Below are positions 1-9,828 of a stretch of 64,000 bases of DNA, in pieces. Location: the IMG/VR virus record IMGVR_UViG_3300020207_000019; one strand, 5' to 3'. A model generated the notes under the pieces. It was given only the letters and a program-made list of their open reading frames with translations. It did not search any database and had not been told where the DNA came from. A program made the position numbers and the translations under genes. Origin of the DNA: an uncultured virus (IMG/VR IMGVR_UViG_3300020207_000019) (Duplodnaviria > Heunggongvirae > Uroviricota > Caudoviricetes). Numbering within the stretch: the first letter of the stretch is position 1; each line of letters opens with the position of its first letter.

Positions 1-369
1 ACCACAAGAGCATTTCTATGTGTTGGTCAACTGTCATAGAAGCATGCCTTGTAGTTTCTTACCTTGTTCTGTCAATTCAGGTATAATGGCGTATGTGTTG
101 AAGTCTAATACACTCTCCTCACCTGTGTCATTGAATATCTCTCTGACCGCTGCCAATTGACCATCTTTCAGAAAGAATGGCACCCCATTCAATCGCACCA
201 CCTGAATACCATCTTGTTTCTCAAATCTAATCACGCTCATAGAACCTCCTGTTTGCATAGTCTTCAGCGAATGTCTCAAGCGCCTCTCCTGTGAGGTTGA
301 ACTCTGTCTCACCGACCTCTAGCCCCTCCTCATATGCGTTCTCTAGGAACACTGTGTTTGCATCACAAC

Positions 370-666
370 TCATATAGCCCCCTCTTTTTCTCGTAGTGCT
401 CGTCTATTGGTTGTTGTCACATAGATAGCACGATTAATGAACTGCATCACCTGGTCTAGGCGATATTTCTTTGTTTGATATGGATTGTTCTTTACAATCA
501 CATTAAGTATATCTTTCGCTTCACCAAGGATACTCTGCACAAGCATACTAGCCCCTACAGCATCGTCTTTATCAAGCAGTAGTTTGTCCATATGCTCGTC
601 TAGGTACTCAACTAAAGTACCGTAAGTTTCTTGTTCTTGGAAGAGGGTTTCGTCAGTTTTTGTCAT
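370..666 (-). CDS. hypothetical early protein
   Basis: Part of ORF 370..819. The likely start is MTKTDE (ATG at 666), after an AAGGA RBS and its own TTGACA-N17-TATCCT promoter. Confidence 0.6.
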   Translation of the reverse strand: MTKTDETLFQEQETYGTLVEYLDEHMDKLLLDKDDAVGASMLVQSILGEAKDILNVIVKNNPYQTKKYRLDQVMQFINRAIYVTTTNRRALREKEGAI

Positions 667-690
667 TTTGTTTTCCTTTTTCATGGTGAT

Positions 691-719
691 AGGATAACAT
701 AAACGGGCAAGAATGTCAA
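691..719 (-). promoter_or_regulatory. sigma70-like early promoter TTGACA-N17-TATCCT
   Basis: Read directly on the minus strand. It shares a 28-nt block with the promoter at 1855-1900. Confidence 0.7.
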
Positions 720-1012
720 GCGTATTTTTTACCTGCTTCTCGTAGCTGGTTCGCAAGTTTTTCTGTCTGGACATTATCCATGTCCTTGATACAGACCGCC
801 ATTTGATATTCCCAAACACCTGGGATTAGCACCGCTTTGTCTGTGGAGAGCATCCAGTCTCCAGTAAAGATGCCGTATTTTTTGTTCATCTGAAAAATAG
901 CATCTGACATACCATCACATTGAATGAGGTACGCTATTTTATCCACTAACATAGCAATAGTCGGACCATCGCCACCACCCATTGTTACAATTTTGTAGTC
1001 TTTTATGTTCAT
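716..1012 (-). CDS. hypothetical protein
   Basis: 98-aa ORF, coupled by TAATG to the upstream small ORF. Confidence 0.55.
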   Translation of the reverse strand: MNIKDYKIVTMGGGDGPTIAMLVDKIAYLIQCDGMSDAIFQMNKKYGIFTGDWMLSTDKAVLIPGVWEYQMAVCIKDMDNVQTEKLANQLREAGKKYA

Positions 1013-1161
1013 TATTCGAGTTCTCCGTCTAAAATTTCAACCTCTGGTTCATCATCGTCATAGGCGCTTGGCATATCTTCTTCGTCCCAAACATCTATCG
1101 GATCGTTATTGTTATCTAAAATCACTTTATATTGCCCAATCTTTTTCACTTTAAAATTCAT
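1012..1161 (-). CDS. small acidic hypothetical protein (49 aa, not in ORF track)
   Basis: MNFKVKKIGQYKVILDNNNDPIDVWDEEDMPSAYDDDEPEVEILDGELE, with a GAGGAG RBS and a promoter at 1186-1213. Confidence 0.65.
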   Translation of the reverse strand: MNFKVKKIGQYKVILDNNNDPIDVWDEEDMPSAYDDDEPEVEILDGELE

Positions 1162-1185
1162 TTTTATCTCCTCACTACATTATCC

Positions 1186-1266
1186 ATTATACAGAAAACC
1201 GGGCAATTGTCAAGGGTTTTTTAGCTAAAAATAGCGCTTGACTTTGCCTCTTTTTTGGTGTATAAT
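1186..1266. promoter_or_regulatory. back-to-back divergent sigma70-like early promoters
   Basis: Minus strand TTGACA(1213-1208)-N16-TATAAT(1191-1186). Plus strand TTGACT(1238)-N17-TATAAT(1261). Confidence 0.8.
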
Positions 1267-1297
1267 GTCCTTGTAAGTGAGAAAAGGAGACAAAAAT

Positions 1298-1564
1298 ATG
1301 AGTGCAAAACAATTAGTGCAAAATTTAGTTGAACAGCGTATTCTGGAGATTGAATATCTTTTGGATATGGATGAGATAGGGCGTGATGTGCTCTCTAATG
1401 ATAAGCAAGCGGAGTTACTGACCGAGTTAGATGGTCTGAAATTCTGGTTAAAACAGACTGCGGAAGCCCAAGGTTATTTCAACGGCAACTATGATAAGTG
1501 GGTCGCTGAGAATGCCAATGAAGTAGATGATTATGATGCCTTAATGGCGATTGCGTGTAGATAG
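1298..1564 (+). CDS. hypothetical early protein
   Basis: ATG 1298 follows AAGGAG; acidic 88-aa ORF. Confidence 0.65.
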   Translation: MSAKQLVQNLVEQRILEIEYLLDMDEIGRDVLSNDKQAELLTELDGLKFWLKQTAEAQGYFNGNYDKWVAENANEVDDYDALMAIACR

Positions 1565-1567
1565 CGC

Positions 1568-1596
1568 TTGACAAACGCTAAAAAGTGTGTTAAGCT
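1568..1596 (+). promoter_or_regulatory. sigma70-like early promoter TTGACA-N17-TAAGCT
   Basis: Preceded by the same AGCGC context as the other plus-strand early promoters. Confidence 0.65.
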
Positions 1597-1621
1597 AGCT
1601 AATTTGAGAAATGGAGATATT

Positions 1622-1810
1622 ATGAGTTGGGTAAGTAAGAAATTGAAGTATATAGAATTGAATGGTCCTAGTGATGCTGAGTTAAATGACATTGAGGCAG
1701 ACTATGACTTGCAAGAGAGTGTGAATGACTTGATGTTAGATGAGAATGACGATGAGATAGACCTCCAACTTATCGCTGACATTCCAGTCATAGGTCCATC
1801 AGAGTGGTAA
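1622..1810 (+). CDS. small acidic hypothetical protein
   Basis: ATG 1622 follows GGAG. The TTG start in the ORF track is actually the -35 box. Confidence 0.6.
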   Translation: MSWVSKKLKYIELNGPSDAELNDIEADYDLQESVNDLMLDENDDEIDLQLIADIPVIGPSEW

Positions 1811-1854
1811 CTACCAATCCACTACCTTCCTTAACCAAATATCTACGAAAGCGC

Positions 1855-1883
1855 TTGACTTTTAGGCAATTATATGTTATCCT
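1855..1883 (+). promoter_or_regulatory. sigma70-like early promoter TTGACT-N17-TATCCT
   Basis: Read directly; followed by AAGGAG and ATG 1908. Confidence 0.7.
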
Positions 1884-1907
1884 ATCACCATGAAAAAGGA
1901 GATAAAA

Positions 1908-2204
1908 ATGACAGTGTTTAAAAAAGAGTTGTTTGATTACAGTGCTGGTTGGCTAACTTATCGTAAGGATATCAAATCCAGACCTGAGTTTGTTGCACGG
2001 TTTAAGTATAATAAGAGTGATAAACCTAGTTTCGTTAAGTTTCTTATACAGAATTTCACTGTGGAAGAATACTTTGACTTAACTAATAAGAAAGGTTGGG
2101 CACCCTTACAAGCGCTCTTTACGAAAGGTTATGTACCACCAAGGTTAAAAGATGCAGTAGCAAAGGGTGAGTTTAATATGAATATGTATTTGGAGGCGAG
2201 ATAA
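1908..2204 (+). CDS. hypothetical phage protein
   Basis: ORF with an AAGGAG RBS; contains FVARFKY...FVKFLIQNFTVEEY. Confidence 0.7.
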   Translation: MTVFKKELFDYSAGWLTYRKDIKSRPEFVARFKYNKSDKPSFVKFLIQNFTVEEYFDLTNKKGWAPLQALFTKGYVPPRLKDAVAKGEFNMNMYLEAR

Positions 2205-2545
2205 TGGACATAGTGATAGAGAATAAAGAGGTGTTGGTTTTAAACAATATCAATCGGATTATCAAGCAAATGTTGGTACGGTACAGAGAATATTCTACCT
2301 TGGACTTTGACTTTGTAGTGGAAGAGGGTAAGAAATACTATAAGATAATCAACGGTTATGTATCGGAAGACGGTAGAATAAAACAGCGTGGTGTGCATGC
2401 CTTTGTTGAGAAAAGTAGTGGCGATATGTATAAACCTGCGAGTTGGAAAGCACCAGCCAAAGGTGTGAGGTTTAATGTGTTAAATGATGTGGAAATGTTA
2501 GAAAAGTTTGCTGATTGGGCAGGCGGTTACTTATATAGGAGATAG
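2204..2545 (+). CDS. conserved hypothetical phage protein
   Basis: GKKYYKI...VHAFV...GDMYKPASWKAPAKGVRFN motif, typical of large-phage early genes. Confidence 0.75.
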   Translation: MDIVIENKEVLVLNNINRIIKQMLVRYREYSTLDFDFVVEEGKKYYKIINGYVSEDGRIKQRGVHAFVEKSSGDMYKPASWKAPAKGVRFNVLNDVEMLEKFADWAGGYLYRR

Positions 2546-2859
2546 TTATGAAATTGTTAGTGATAGGTATAATGTTAGTATTAGGTGTGATATTTTGGGG
2601 TTTTGTTGGTTTAGAGAAAACAGGTCGTATGAGCGACTGTATGGTCGGAGAAGTGGTCTGGTCGTCTGATAAAGGTTTTAACCCTTGTGTAAATCTAGGA
2701 GAATAGTGTGTATAAAGTGAAAGTGATAGTGAATTATAAGGACGGTAACTTTGATGAGGTATCGACCAGCTTTAATATAAAAAACTTTGCGGATGATTGG
2801 GTAACGAAACAAATCGGAATCCTAACTTCGTATAAACCATATAAGAGTTATGCGAGTTC

Positions 2860-3465
2860 GTGCGAGGTAATGTGAGTAAAGATTGGGTAGGCAATAAAAA
2901 CGCCGTATATAGTAATATGGCGGCATCGGTTCATTCTGAATTGGATAGAGAAAAGAATGACTACTATGCGACTGACCCAGCGGCAGTGCGAATGTTATTG
3001 GAAATGGAAGAATTCTCTGGTCCAATATGGGAGTGTGCGTGTGGTGAGGGGCATTTATCCAAGGTAATGATTGACTATGGTTATGAGGTGGTGAGTTCTG
3101 ACTTAATTGATAGAGGCTATGGCACGGTACAGGACTTTCTGGATATCACCAATTTAGAAACGGATATGAATATCATTACAAATCCACCCTATCATGTACT
3201 GGACGCATGGATAGAAAAAGGTTTGAATATCTTACAGACAGGTAAGAAAATGGCATTGTTTTTACCCATACGATACTTGGAGGGTAAAGGTCGAAAGGCA
3301 TTATATTTGAGTTCACCACCCGAAACGGTGTATATCAGTTCATCAAGGATACAATGTGCGATGAATGGTGACTTTGCGAATCAGACAAGTAATGCGGTGG
3401 CCTATGGTTGGTTTGTTTGGACCAAAGGTTTTAATGGCACAACTTCTTTGAAATGGTTTAATTAA
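2860..3465 (+). CDS. DNA N6-adenine (amino) methyltransferase
   Basis: DYYATD, SAM-binding ECACGEG and catalytic ITNPPY motifs. The start may be GTG 2872 after GAGG. Confidence 0.8.
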   Translation: MRGNVSKDWVGNKNAVYSNMAASVHSELDREKNDYYATDPAAVRMLLEMEEFSGPIWECACGEGHLSKVMIDYGYEVVSSDLIDRGYGTVQDFLDITNLETDMNIITNPPYHVLDAWIEKGLNILQTGKKMALFLPIRYLEGKGRKALYLSSPPETVYISSSRIQCAMNGDFANQTSNAVAYGWFVWTKGFNGTTSLKWFN

Positions 3466-3558
3466 TATGAGTATATGGTGGTGGTTATTAGGGTTTGTAA
3501 ATGCCTGTGTATTATTAGGTTTTTATGTGTATGGTTGGTTAATTAATTTAGGATTAGT

Positions 3559-4062
3559 ATGAATAATATATTGTATTGTGATTTAGATGGTGTGGTGGTG
3601 GACTTTCATGGTTATGGTAAAAAGGTATTGGGTTATCGACCTGAAGAGCGTGGTGAATACAAATATGACCGCACAAACTGGTTAAAACTGGCTAAAGACC
3701 GAAGACTATACAGTAAGTTGCCCGTTATGGATGGGGCTCACAACTTCGTATTTAAACTCAAGCAATTTTGTGAAGAAAAGAATTTAGAGTTACGATTTCT
3801 CTCAGCGATACCAAGTGATACTCAAATGGGTTGGGCCTGGTGGGATAAATCGCATTGGGTGGAAGAATACTTTCCTGGTATTCCATTATTTTTAGGCCCA
3901 TACAGTGCTGATAAGTGGAAACATTGTCAGCCTGGTGACATTCTCATTGATGATAGAATATCCAATATCAATGACTGGACTACAAAAGCAGCGGGATATG
4001 GTATTCGTCACATGGGAGATTATGAAAAAACATTGGAGAAATTATACAAATGGACTATTTAA
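3559..4062 (+). CDS. HAD-family 5'(3')-deoxyribonucleotidase
   Basis: DLDGVVVDF motif I and ILIDDR motif IV. Confidence 0.8.
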   Translation: MNNILYCDLDGVVVDFHGYGKKVLGYRPEERGEYKYDRTNWLKLAKDRRLYSKLPVMDGAHNFVFKLKQFCEEKNLELRFLSAIPSDTQMGWAWWDKSHWVEEYFPGIPLFLGPYSADKWKHCQPGDILIDDRISNINDWTTKAAGYGIRHMGDYEKTLEKLYKWTI

Positions 4063-4268
4063 TTGCTTATTTACTGGTGGGTTTCTGTATCGCCAGTTAC
4101 ACAACACGCTATGTGAAAAACTTTCTGTTTGCTATTCATACACCGTTTGATTTTATTTGGACTATCTGTTTTTGGCCAACCAATATTGTTTATATGGTGT
4201 TTGATAGATACCGAAAGGCGTTTGAATTGAAGTTTTTGAAGAAGTATATACTGTGGTTGAAATCTTAA
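4050..4268 (+). CDS. small membrane protein
   Basis: Hydrophobic 72-aa ORF overlapping the previous stop codon. Confidence 0.45.
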   Translation: MDYLIAYLLVGFCIASYTTRYVKNFLFAIHTPFDFIWTICFWPTNIVYMVFDRYRKAFELKFLKKYILWLKS

Positions 4269-4326
4269 TTAAGGCCGGTATGGTAGGTTGTTTGTGTGGT
4301 ATTCTGTATATTCGGATTGACAATCA

Positions 4327-4701
4327 TTATTCAAGTATTATGCAACCTTCGGCCTCCATGCAAGGCCAATCGGAATACATTCGTGTTCCACAGGACTGAC
4401 CTGTAATTCTTTTCACTCTTGGTTGGTTGAGGAAGATTTCTTCAACCGACCTCTCCTTACAATCAAAAAACTTACAATCTTTTTGAGTTATTTCTGATAG
4501 TGCAATATCGGTGGTGGTTTTGCCTGTTTCTGAATACACTACGATATCAGCACCCGTTTTGGCCGCTTCTAACACTTCGTAGGTAGAATAGGTGGTCTCT
4601 GTGGCGGTTGATGTGGTGCCAACTATACCAAGTTCTTTGACTAATATACCACATCCGCTACATAGAAGGACTATAACTAATATAAATGTTTTTTGCATCA
4701 C
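4327..4701 (-). CDS. putative lipoprotein
   Basis: Signal-like N-terminus with LCSGC lipobox. Confidence 0.55.
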   Translation of the reverse strand: MMQKTFILVIVLLCSGCGILVKELGIVGTTSTATETTYSTYEVLEAAKTGADIVVYSETGKTTTDIALSEITQKDCKFFDCKERSVEEIFLNQPRVKRITGQSCGTRMYSDWPCMEAEGCIILE

Positions 4702-4924
4702 TTTTTCGTATTGCTAGCGTGGTTGTATAACCTTGACCAACAGATACTCTATAATTTCCATATAACTTACCGTCAACACGGCAAGGCATTTTACATTTAA
4801 GACCCATGGCCTGTATGCGGTCATGGTATTCTTTATCAGTTATTTTAAGACAATCAATTTCACCCTCATCATAAACATCTAATTCTGATAACGGTACAAT
4901 CACCAATCTTCTCCTTTTTCCCAA
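4658..4924 (-). CDS. hypothetical protein
   Basis: 88-aa ORF in a packed operon. Confidence 0.45.
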   Translation of the reverse strand: MGKRRRLVIVPLSELDVYDEGEIDCLKITDKEYHDRIQAMGLKCKMPCRVDGKLYGNYRVSVGQGYTTTLAIRKSDAKNIYISYSPSM

Positions 4925-5208
4925 TTGTCATAATCATCGGGCATTTCTTTAATATCAGGTATAGCAATGGCAAAATCATCTGGATTTACAGAATGACCTT
5001 CTCTTGCTAGTCTTGTTTGAGCAATTCGGTCCGGTGACTTCATCTGCTCTTTCATTGATTCTGCTATCTTTTCTTTGGCCTCTTCTGGCATCACCAATGA
5101 TCGTGAAGCACACGATTGAGAGCAATATTTACCTCGTTTACGGTGTTTGATGCCACATTTTGGACATTCTTTTTCTTTATAAACACCAGGCATTAAATTT
5201 CTATCCAA
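4900..5208 (-). CDS. zinc-finger hypothetical protein
   Basis: CPKC...YCSQSC pattern. Confidence 0.6.
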   Translation of the reverse strand: MDRNLMPGVYKEKECPKCGIKHRKRGKYCSQSCASRSLVMPEEAKEKIAESMKEQMKSPDRIAQTRLAREGHSVNPDDFAIAIPDIKEMPDDYDNWEKGEDW

Positions 5209-5765
5209 CCCGTTAGTATGTATTTTATACCATCTATGGGCGGATTGCCTCTATGAACATGAGTGAATGCTGTTGGCCAAATAACAACATCGCCCTTTTT
5301 AGGTTTGTATCTATATTGTTGATATAAAAATTCAGTTTCACCAGCCTCAAAATTATCGTTCAAATATGCTGTCCATGCTAATTTTCTATTGTTTATTGTT
5401 CTATCACCCTCTTCACAATGCCATGTATGATACCCTTGGCCAGGTAATGTTTTTTGCATCTTTATTTCATAAAAACCCAAGTCAAAATTATTTAAAATAG
5501 AATACTTTTCAATATAGGGATCCAAAGCTTTAGTTTTAAAGTTGTGGGTAAAATAATCATAATAATCTATGGCTATGTGCTCAAAGTTGAGTGATGAACA
5601 AAATAACATTTCATCGTCTTTTATGTGTGATGTTGTTTTATCAAATTTAGTTCGGCTAAAAGTAAGACCCTTTTGACTGAATTCTTCAAACAACTCAATG
5701 GTGTCATCACACCATTTTGGTTCTAAAACATTATTATAAACTTCAATAAAATTTGGTTTTTCCAT
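5193..5765 (-). CDS. 2OG-Fe(II) oxygenase
   Basis: WHCE (HxE), YLND..EAGETEF, THVHRG and KYILTGW motifs. Confidence 0.85.
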   Translation of the reverse strand: MEKPNFIEVYNNVLEPKWCDDTIELFEEFSQKGLTFSRTKFDKTTSHIKDDEMLFCSSLNFEHIAIDYYDYFTHNFKTKALDPYIEKYSILNNFDLGFYEIKMQKTLPGQGYHTWHCEEGDRTINNRKLAWTAYLNDNFEAGETEFLYQQYRYKPKKGDVVIWPTAFTHVHRGNPPIDGIKYILTGWIEI

Positions 5766-6979
5766 TATTTAAAATATGGTCCTACCATCCATGTGACAAC
5801 AGAGTATCTAATCCCTTTTGTAACAGGTTCAACACCATGTACCATAAAAGACGGGAAAACTAATACTGTTCCTGCTTGTTGTGGTGGGTAATACAGATTA
5901 CCATTTGCATTGATATAAAATTGACCGCCTTCAAAATCATCATTTAAAAATGCCAATGCGGTTAATTTGCGTGTTTCGTTACTATGTGCATGAAAGGTAT
6001 CAACATGAGAATTGTAGTGGCCGTCAGGTTCATACATTAAAAATTCTGTTTGGTTACTGTGGGTGATATCATATTGCCACCAATAGTGATTAGAATTGAG
6101 TGCTGTTGATGTAAGAATACCACCAATGCCTTGATTTTGTGGTAATAACAATCTTTGAACATCTCTTATATTTCTATCAACAGTACCACTATCACCGCTA
6201 CCTCCTATGTAAGGTTCTTCTTTAGTGTGCTTTTTCTTTGAATATTCTTTAATGATTCTTTGACAAAATTTGAGTGATAAATGGTTTTGAAATACAGCAG
6301 CATCTGTTAAAATCCTCTGTCCATCTCTTTGTGTGACATCTGTTTTTGAAATACCCAAGCTTTCACGGCCATCATATTTTTGGTCAGCGTGTGGACCATC
6401 TTGGTCAACATAATGTAAAAATACTTGTGCCTGCCATTCACCTTCAAATTCTTCACGCCAATGTATTTTATCCATGCCACGATATAAAACAGCATCACCA
6501 ACACTCATATTCACCTTTGATATATTTTTAACTTTGATATTTTCAAATTGGCCGGTGCCTTGTGATTTATATTTCTCAGCCTCACTTTCATCAAAGGCTG
6601 GGTCGGCCATGAATATTGGCCAAGCTTTTCCTTGCAACCCTAATGTAATAGTAGCACTGATTTCACAAGCTGGACGGTCTGAATGGATAGTTAGCGTCTC
6701 ACCTGGTTTATAAAGACGAGCGTATGAATATGTTGGATATAGTTTTTTACCACAGGCCTTTTCAAAGTGTGGTGTTAAATCATTAAGAAGTGTATCAAAG
6801 GTAATGTTGCCATGAATAGCCTCAGACTTAGGACATTGTGAATCCTTGGTTGTTTGGCCGGTTGCAACTAAATTTTGGAGTATTTGTGTAAGTTCACCAC
6901 AATTGTTTATATCTAAAAAATCTTTAAGATGAACATATTTGTTTTGCTCAAAGAACTTCACCGTATCTTTTGTTTTCAT
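5765..6979 (-). CDS. tandem two-domain 2OG-Fe(II) oxygenase
   Basis: Domain 1 has HSDR...HWRE...QVFLHY. Domain 2 has HVD...FLNDDFEGG...HGVEPVTKGIRYS. Confidence 0.85.
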   Translation of the reverse strand: MKTKDTVKFFEQNKYVHLKDFLDINNCGELTQILQNLVATGQTTKDSQCPKSEAIHGNITFDTLLNDLTPHFEKACGKKLYPTYSYARLYKPGETLTIHSDRPACEISATITLGLQGKAWPIFMADPAFDESEAEKYKSQGTGQFENIKVKNISKVNMSVGDAVLYRGMDKIHWREEFEGEWQAQVFLHYVDQDGPHADQKYDGRESLGISKTDVTQRDGQRILTDAAVFQNHLSLKFCQRIIKEYSKKKHTKEEPYIGGSGDSGTVDRNIRDVQRLLLPQNQGIGGILTSTALNSNHYWWQYDITHSNQTEFLMYEPDGHYNSHVDTFHAHSNETRKLTALAFLNDDFEGGQFYINANGNLYYPPQQAGTVLVFPSFMVHGVEPVTKGIRYSVVTWMVGPYFK

Positions 6980-6999
6980 AATATACTTTCAAAAAAAAA

Positions 7000-7317
7000 T
7001 TATAAAGTAACTCTAACCCAAGTTTCATTTTCCCAATCATATTCCGCTTCTTCAAGCAGATTTCCATCATCATCTGTAGCTAAATCTGGAATAGGATTAT
7101 GATTTCCAGGAAGTTTTGCACTTCCAATGTCAGACAGTTTGAATTGATTATATTGCATTGAGTACCAATAATCATCAGCTATAACATGGTCAGGACAATT
7201 TTTCCATTCTAAATTATTTGAAGTTTCATATTCATTACCTGATTCCACAACATCAACCACTCGAAACCCATAAACACCTCTAGGTTCAATGTAACTAATT
7301 AATGCTTTTTTTGCCAT
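7000..7317 (-). CDS. hypothetical protein (tail-fibre associated?)
   Basis: Follows two Gly-rich fibre-like genes and has the same AGGATATT RBS. Confidence 0.5.
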   Translation of the reverse strand: MAKKALISYIEPRGVYGFRVVDVVESGNEYETSNNLEWKNCPDHVIADDYWYSMQYNQFKLSDIGSAKLPGNHNPIPDLATDDDGNLLEEAEYDWENETWVRVTL

Positions 7318-7328
7318 TTATAATATCC

Positions 7329-8273
7329 TTAATATTCTACAATAACTATACCATTCATACCATGGTGACTATCACCATTTGGATGCGCTGTACCACCAGC
7401 ACCAATGGTTACGGATACCGGACCTGAAACAGGAATTGATTGAACTTCAGCCCAACCACCTGCACCGCCAGCATTGCCTGAGTAACTTGGATTGCCATAT
7501 GTGCCTGTTCCATCATCTCTTCTAGCAGCTGCACCGTAGGCTATGATTGGTAAGTTTGCGTTGGTTTTAACTTTTACATAATTTAGTGTTGGGCCTGTGT
7601 ATATGCCAGCCGCAAAACTTCCTTCAGCCCAAAACTGAATTTGTTCAAAAGGTGTGCCGCCACCGCTTAAATTACCATAAGCTACGGGTGTGTTAGAATT
7701 TATTTGTGGTATAGCTGGATCAATACTGTTTTGACCATAACCCGGAAAAGCACCACCTGGCAAATTGTGAACGCTTTTGCCAATCACTGTAGCCGTACCA
7801 GAATTATAGGTACTGGTTCCTGGTAAACCGTGGTTTTGTGGTGAATTTGACTGATGTGAACCAGCAACACCACCGTTGGCAGTTACAAAAGAACCAAATG
7901 ATGAAGCGGCGCCTGAGTTTCCTGTACCTTGACCGGGTTGAACACCATTTGAACCTCCACCACCAACAACCAAAACATTAACTGAACTTGTAGTAGATGG
8001 TTTTGTCCATGTTCCTGGATTCCAAAAAACTTCACGCTCTCTTGCATATGATGGTTTTGCTGATGCCCATGAACCATCACCTCTTAAATATGTGCTAGAT
8101 GATGCTGTGCCTGTTGCTGATATTTTTGGAAAAGTTACAGCGCCTGGACCTATATTTGGTGCAGTTACAGCATTTGGACCTAATTTAGCTGAGGTGACTT
8201 GACCTGGTGCAAGTTTGTCTGTTGTAATTGCACTGGTTTCTATTTGCTCAGAATTAATCTTTGTATTTGCCAT
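7329..8273 (-). CDS. glycine-rich tail fibre-like structural protein
   Basis: AITTDKLA-type repeats, LRGDGSW, a Gly-rich domain and a VIVEY C-terminus. Confidence 0.65.
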   Translation of the reverse strand: MANTKINSEQIETSAITTDKLAPGQVTSAKLGPNAVTAPNIGPGAVTFPKISATGTASSSTYLRGDGSWASAKPSYAREREVFWNPGTWTKPSTTSSVNVLVVGGGGSNGVQPGQGTGNSGAASSFGSFVTANGGVAGSHQSNSPQNHGLPGTSTYNSGTATVIGKSVHNLPGGAFPGYGQNSIDPAIPQINSNTPVAYGNLSGGGTPFEQIQFWAEGSFAAGIYTGPTLNYVKVKTNANLPIIAYGAAARRDDGTGTYGNPSYSGNAGGAGGWAEVQSIPVSGPVSVTIGAGGTAHPNGDSHHGMNGIVIVEY

Positions 8274-8283
8274 TTAAATATCC

Positions 8284-9786
8284 TTAATATTCTACTATTA
8301 CTACACCAGCGGCACCACCTCTACCTGAGGCATTGGGACTTGTTAGATTTGGACCAGCTGAGCCAACAGTTATTGGAACCGGCGATGTTGGTATTGCCAT
8401 AACTTCAATGGCTGTTCCACCACCAGCACCACCAAAACCACCACCAGTATTAGATACGCTGGCATCTGTCCAACCTCCGCCACCATACACAGCATTTGAA
8501 GTTGAAGAGGCACCTCTTCCTATGTAAGTATCGCCGCCTCGACTAAAATCTTGAGGACCGCTAGGTTGCGGTGCGCCACGAGGAACATTACTTAAACTAC
8601 CTGATGAATCAAACCATTGAGTACCCGGAATATTTAAATCACCACCTGTACCAGCACCACCTAAACCTCCACCAGGAGCAATTGATATGACAGCTGTGGC
8701 AGGTGTGGTTGTGCTCCAACCTGTGCCTCCAGTAGCGGAACAATAAGAACCGAAAGAAGATGTACCACCGGGTGTTGTTGTTTGAGTTCCCACGGGCCAA
8801 CTGCCTGGTTGAACAAAATATCCACTACCACCACCCACAACAGTGACTTTAACCTTTGTAACTTGGCCTGGATTGGTCCATGTTCCTGGAGATGTAAACA
8901 CTTCCATATTGGAAAAACCACCAGCAGCTTGCCAAGCACCATCACCTCTTAAAAATGTACCAGATGAAGCGGTGCCCGTTGCTGATATTTTTGCGACAGT
9001 AACCTCACCATCACCAATTTTAGCTGTTGTAACAGCAGAATCAGCAAGTTTAGCTGTTGTAACATTAGCATCCGCAATTCCAGATGTTTGAACAACTAGG
9101 TTAGTTAAGTCTGAACCAACCTCTGCAATAGCATCTTGAACATTATTTGCTGTTACATCACTTGTCGGTGAAAATATGACATCGGTAGCATTAACAGTAT
9201 AATCAATATAACCATCAACTTCAGCTAAAACAACACTTCCCGATGCAACACCTGTACTTAAAGTAAATGATGTATTACTTGTTTCTGTATAAGCACTTGG
9301 AAATTGTCTCACACCGTTGATGTAAACTCTTAATTGGTTAGCGCCTTGTGTATAAGTTGGAGTGGTGAATACGGTTTGAGAAGCAGTAGCTGTTGTTATG
9401 ATTCTGGTTGAATTTACTATTGAACCAACCGATGTATTAGATGATGTTACATTAGCAGAACCCCAATAATATGAACCAGCACCACCGGTTTTAAGGACAT
9501 ATCCCGAAGCCTCGCCACCAGGTAGAAGATTGTCTAGTGCTGATGTTGAACTGGTTGCGCCTGTACCACCATAGGCTATATCTAATGTTGTTGTAATTGT
9601 AGCCGCTGTGCCAGTTACATTACCTGTCACATCACCGGTTACGGCACCTGTGTGATTACCAAAAGAATCACCCGTTAAATTACCAGTCACATCACCAGTC
9701 AAGTTTCCGGTTACATTACCCGTTAGTGTTCCTGTTATGGTTATATCATCTTCAAGTATACCGGAAGTAATTCGTTGAATTGCCAT
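8284..9786 (-). CDS. glycine-rich tail fibre-like structural protein
   Basis: TGNV/TGDV repeats, VYINGVRQ, VTTAKLAD repeats and a Gly-rich C-terminal domain. A late promoter lies upstream. Confidence 0.7.
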   Translation of the reverse strand: MAIQRITSGILEDDITITGTLTGNVTGNLTGDVTGNLTGDSFGNHTGAVTGDVTGNVTGTAATITTTLDIAYGGTGATSSTSALDNLLPGGEASGYVLKTGGAGSYYWGSANVTSSNTSVGSIVNSTRIITTATASQTVFTTPTYTQGANQLRVYINGVRQFPSAYTETSNTSFTLSTGVASGSVVLAEVDGYIDYTVNATDVIFSPTSDVTANNVQDAIAEVGSDLTNLVVQTSGIADANVTTAKLADSAVTTAKIGDGEVTVAKISATGTASSGTFLRGDGAWQAAGGFSNMEVFTSPGTWTNPGQVTKVKVTVVGGGSGYFVQPGSWPVGTQTTTPGGTSSFGSYCSATGGTGWSTTTPATAVISIAPGGGLGGAGTGGDLNIPGTQWFDSSGSLSNVPRGAPQPSGPQDFSRGGDTYIGRGASSTSNAVYGGGGWTDASVSNTGGGFGGAGGGTAIEVMAIPTSPVPITVGSAGPNLTSPNASGRGGAAGVVIVEY

Positions 9787-9820
9787 TTATTCAGTCCTGT
9801 GAAATGTATGATTTATACTC

Positions 9821-9828
9821 TATTTATA
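9821..9828 (-). promoter_or_regulatory. T4-type late promoter TATAAATA
   Basis: Exact consensus about 35 nt upstream of the structural gene start; gp55 is present in the window. Confidence 0.75.

Noticed and set aside
9600..9730. 12-bp periodic repeats resembling a tandem array
   Set aside because: They encode TG(N/D)(V/L) peptide repeats inside a fibre-like protein. There are no spacers, so this is not CRISPR.
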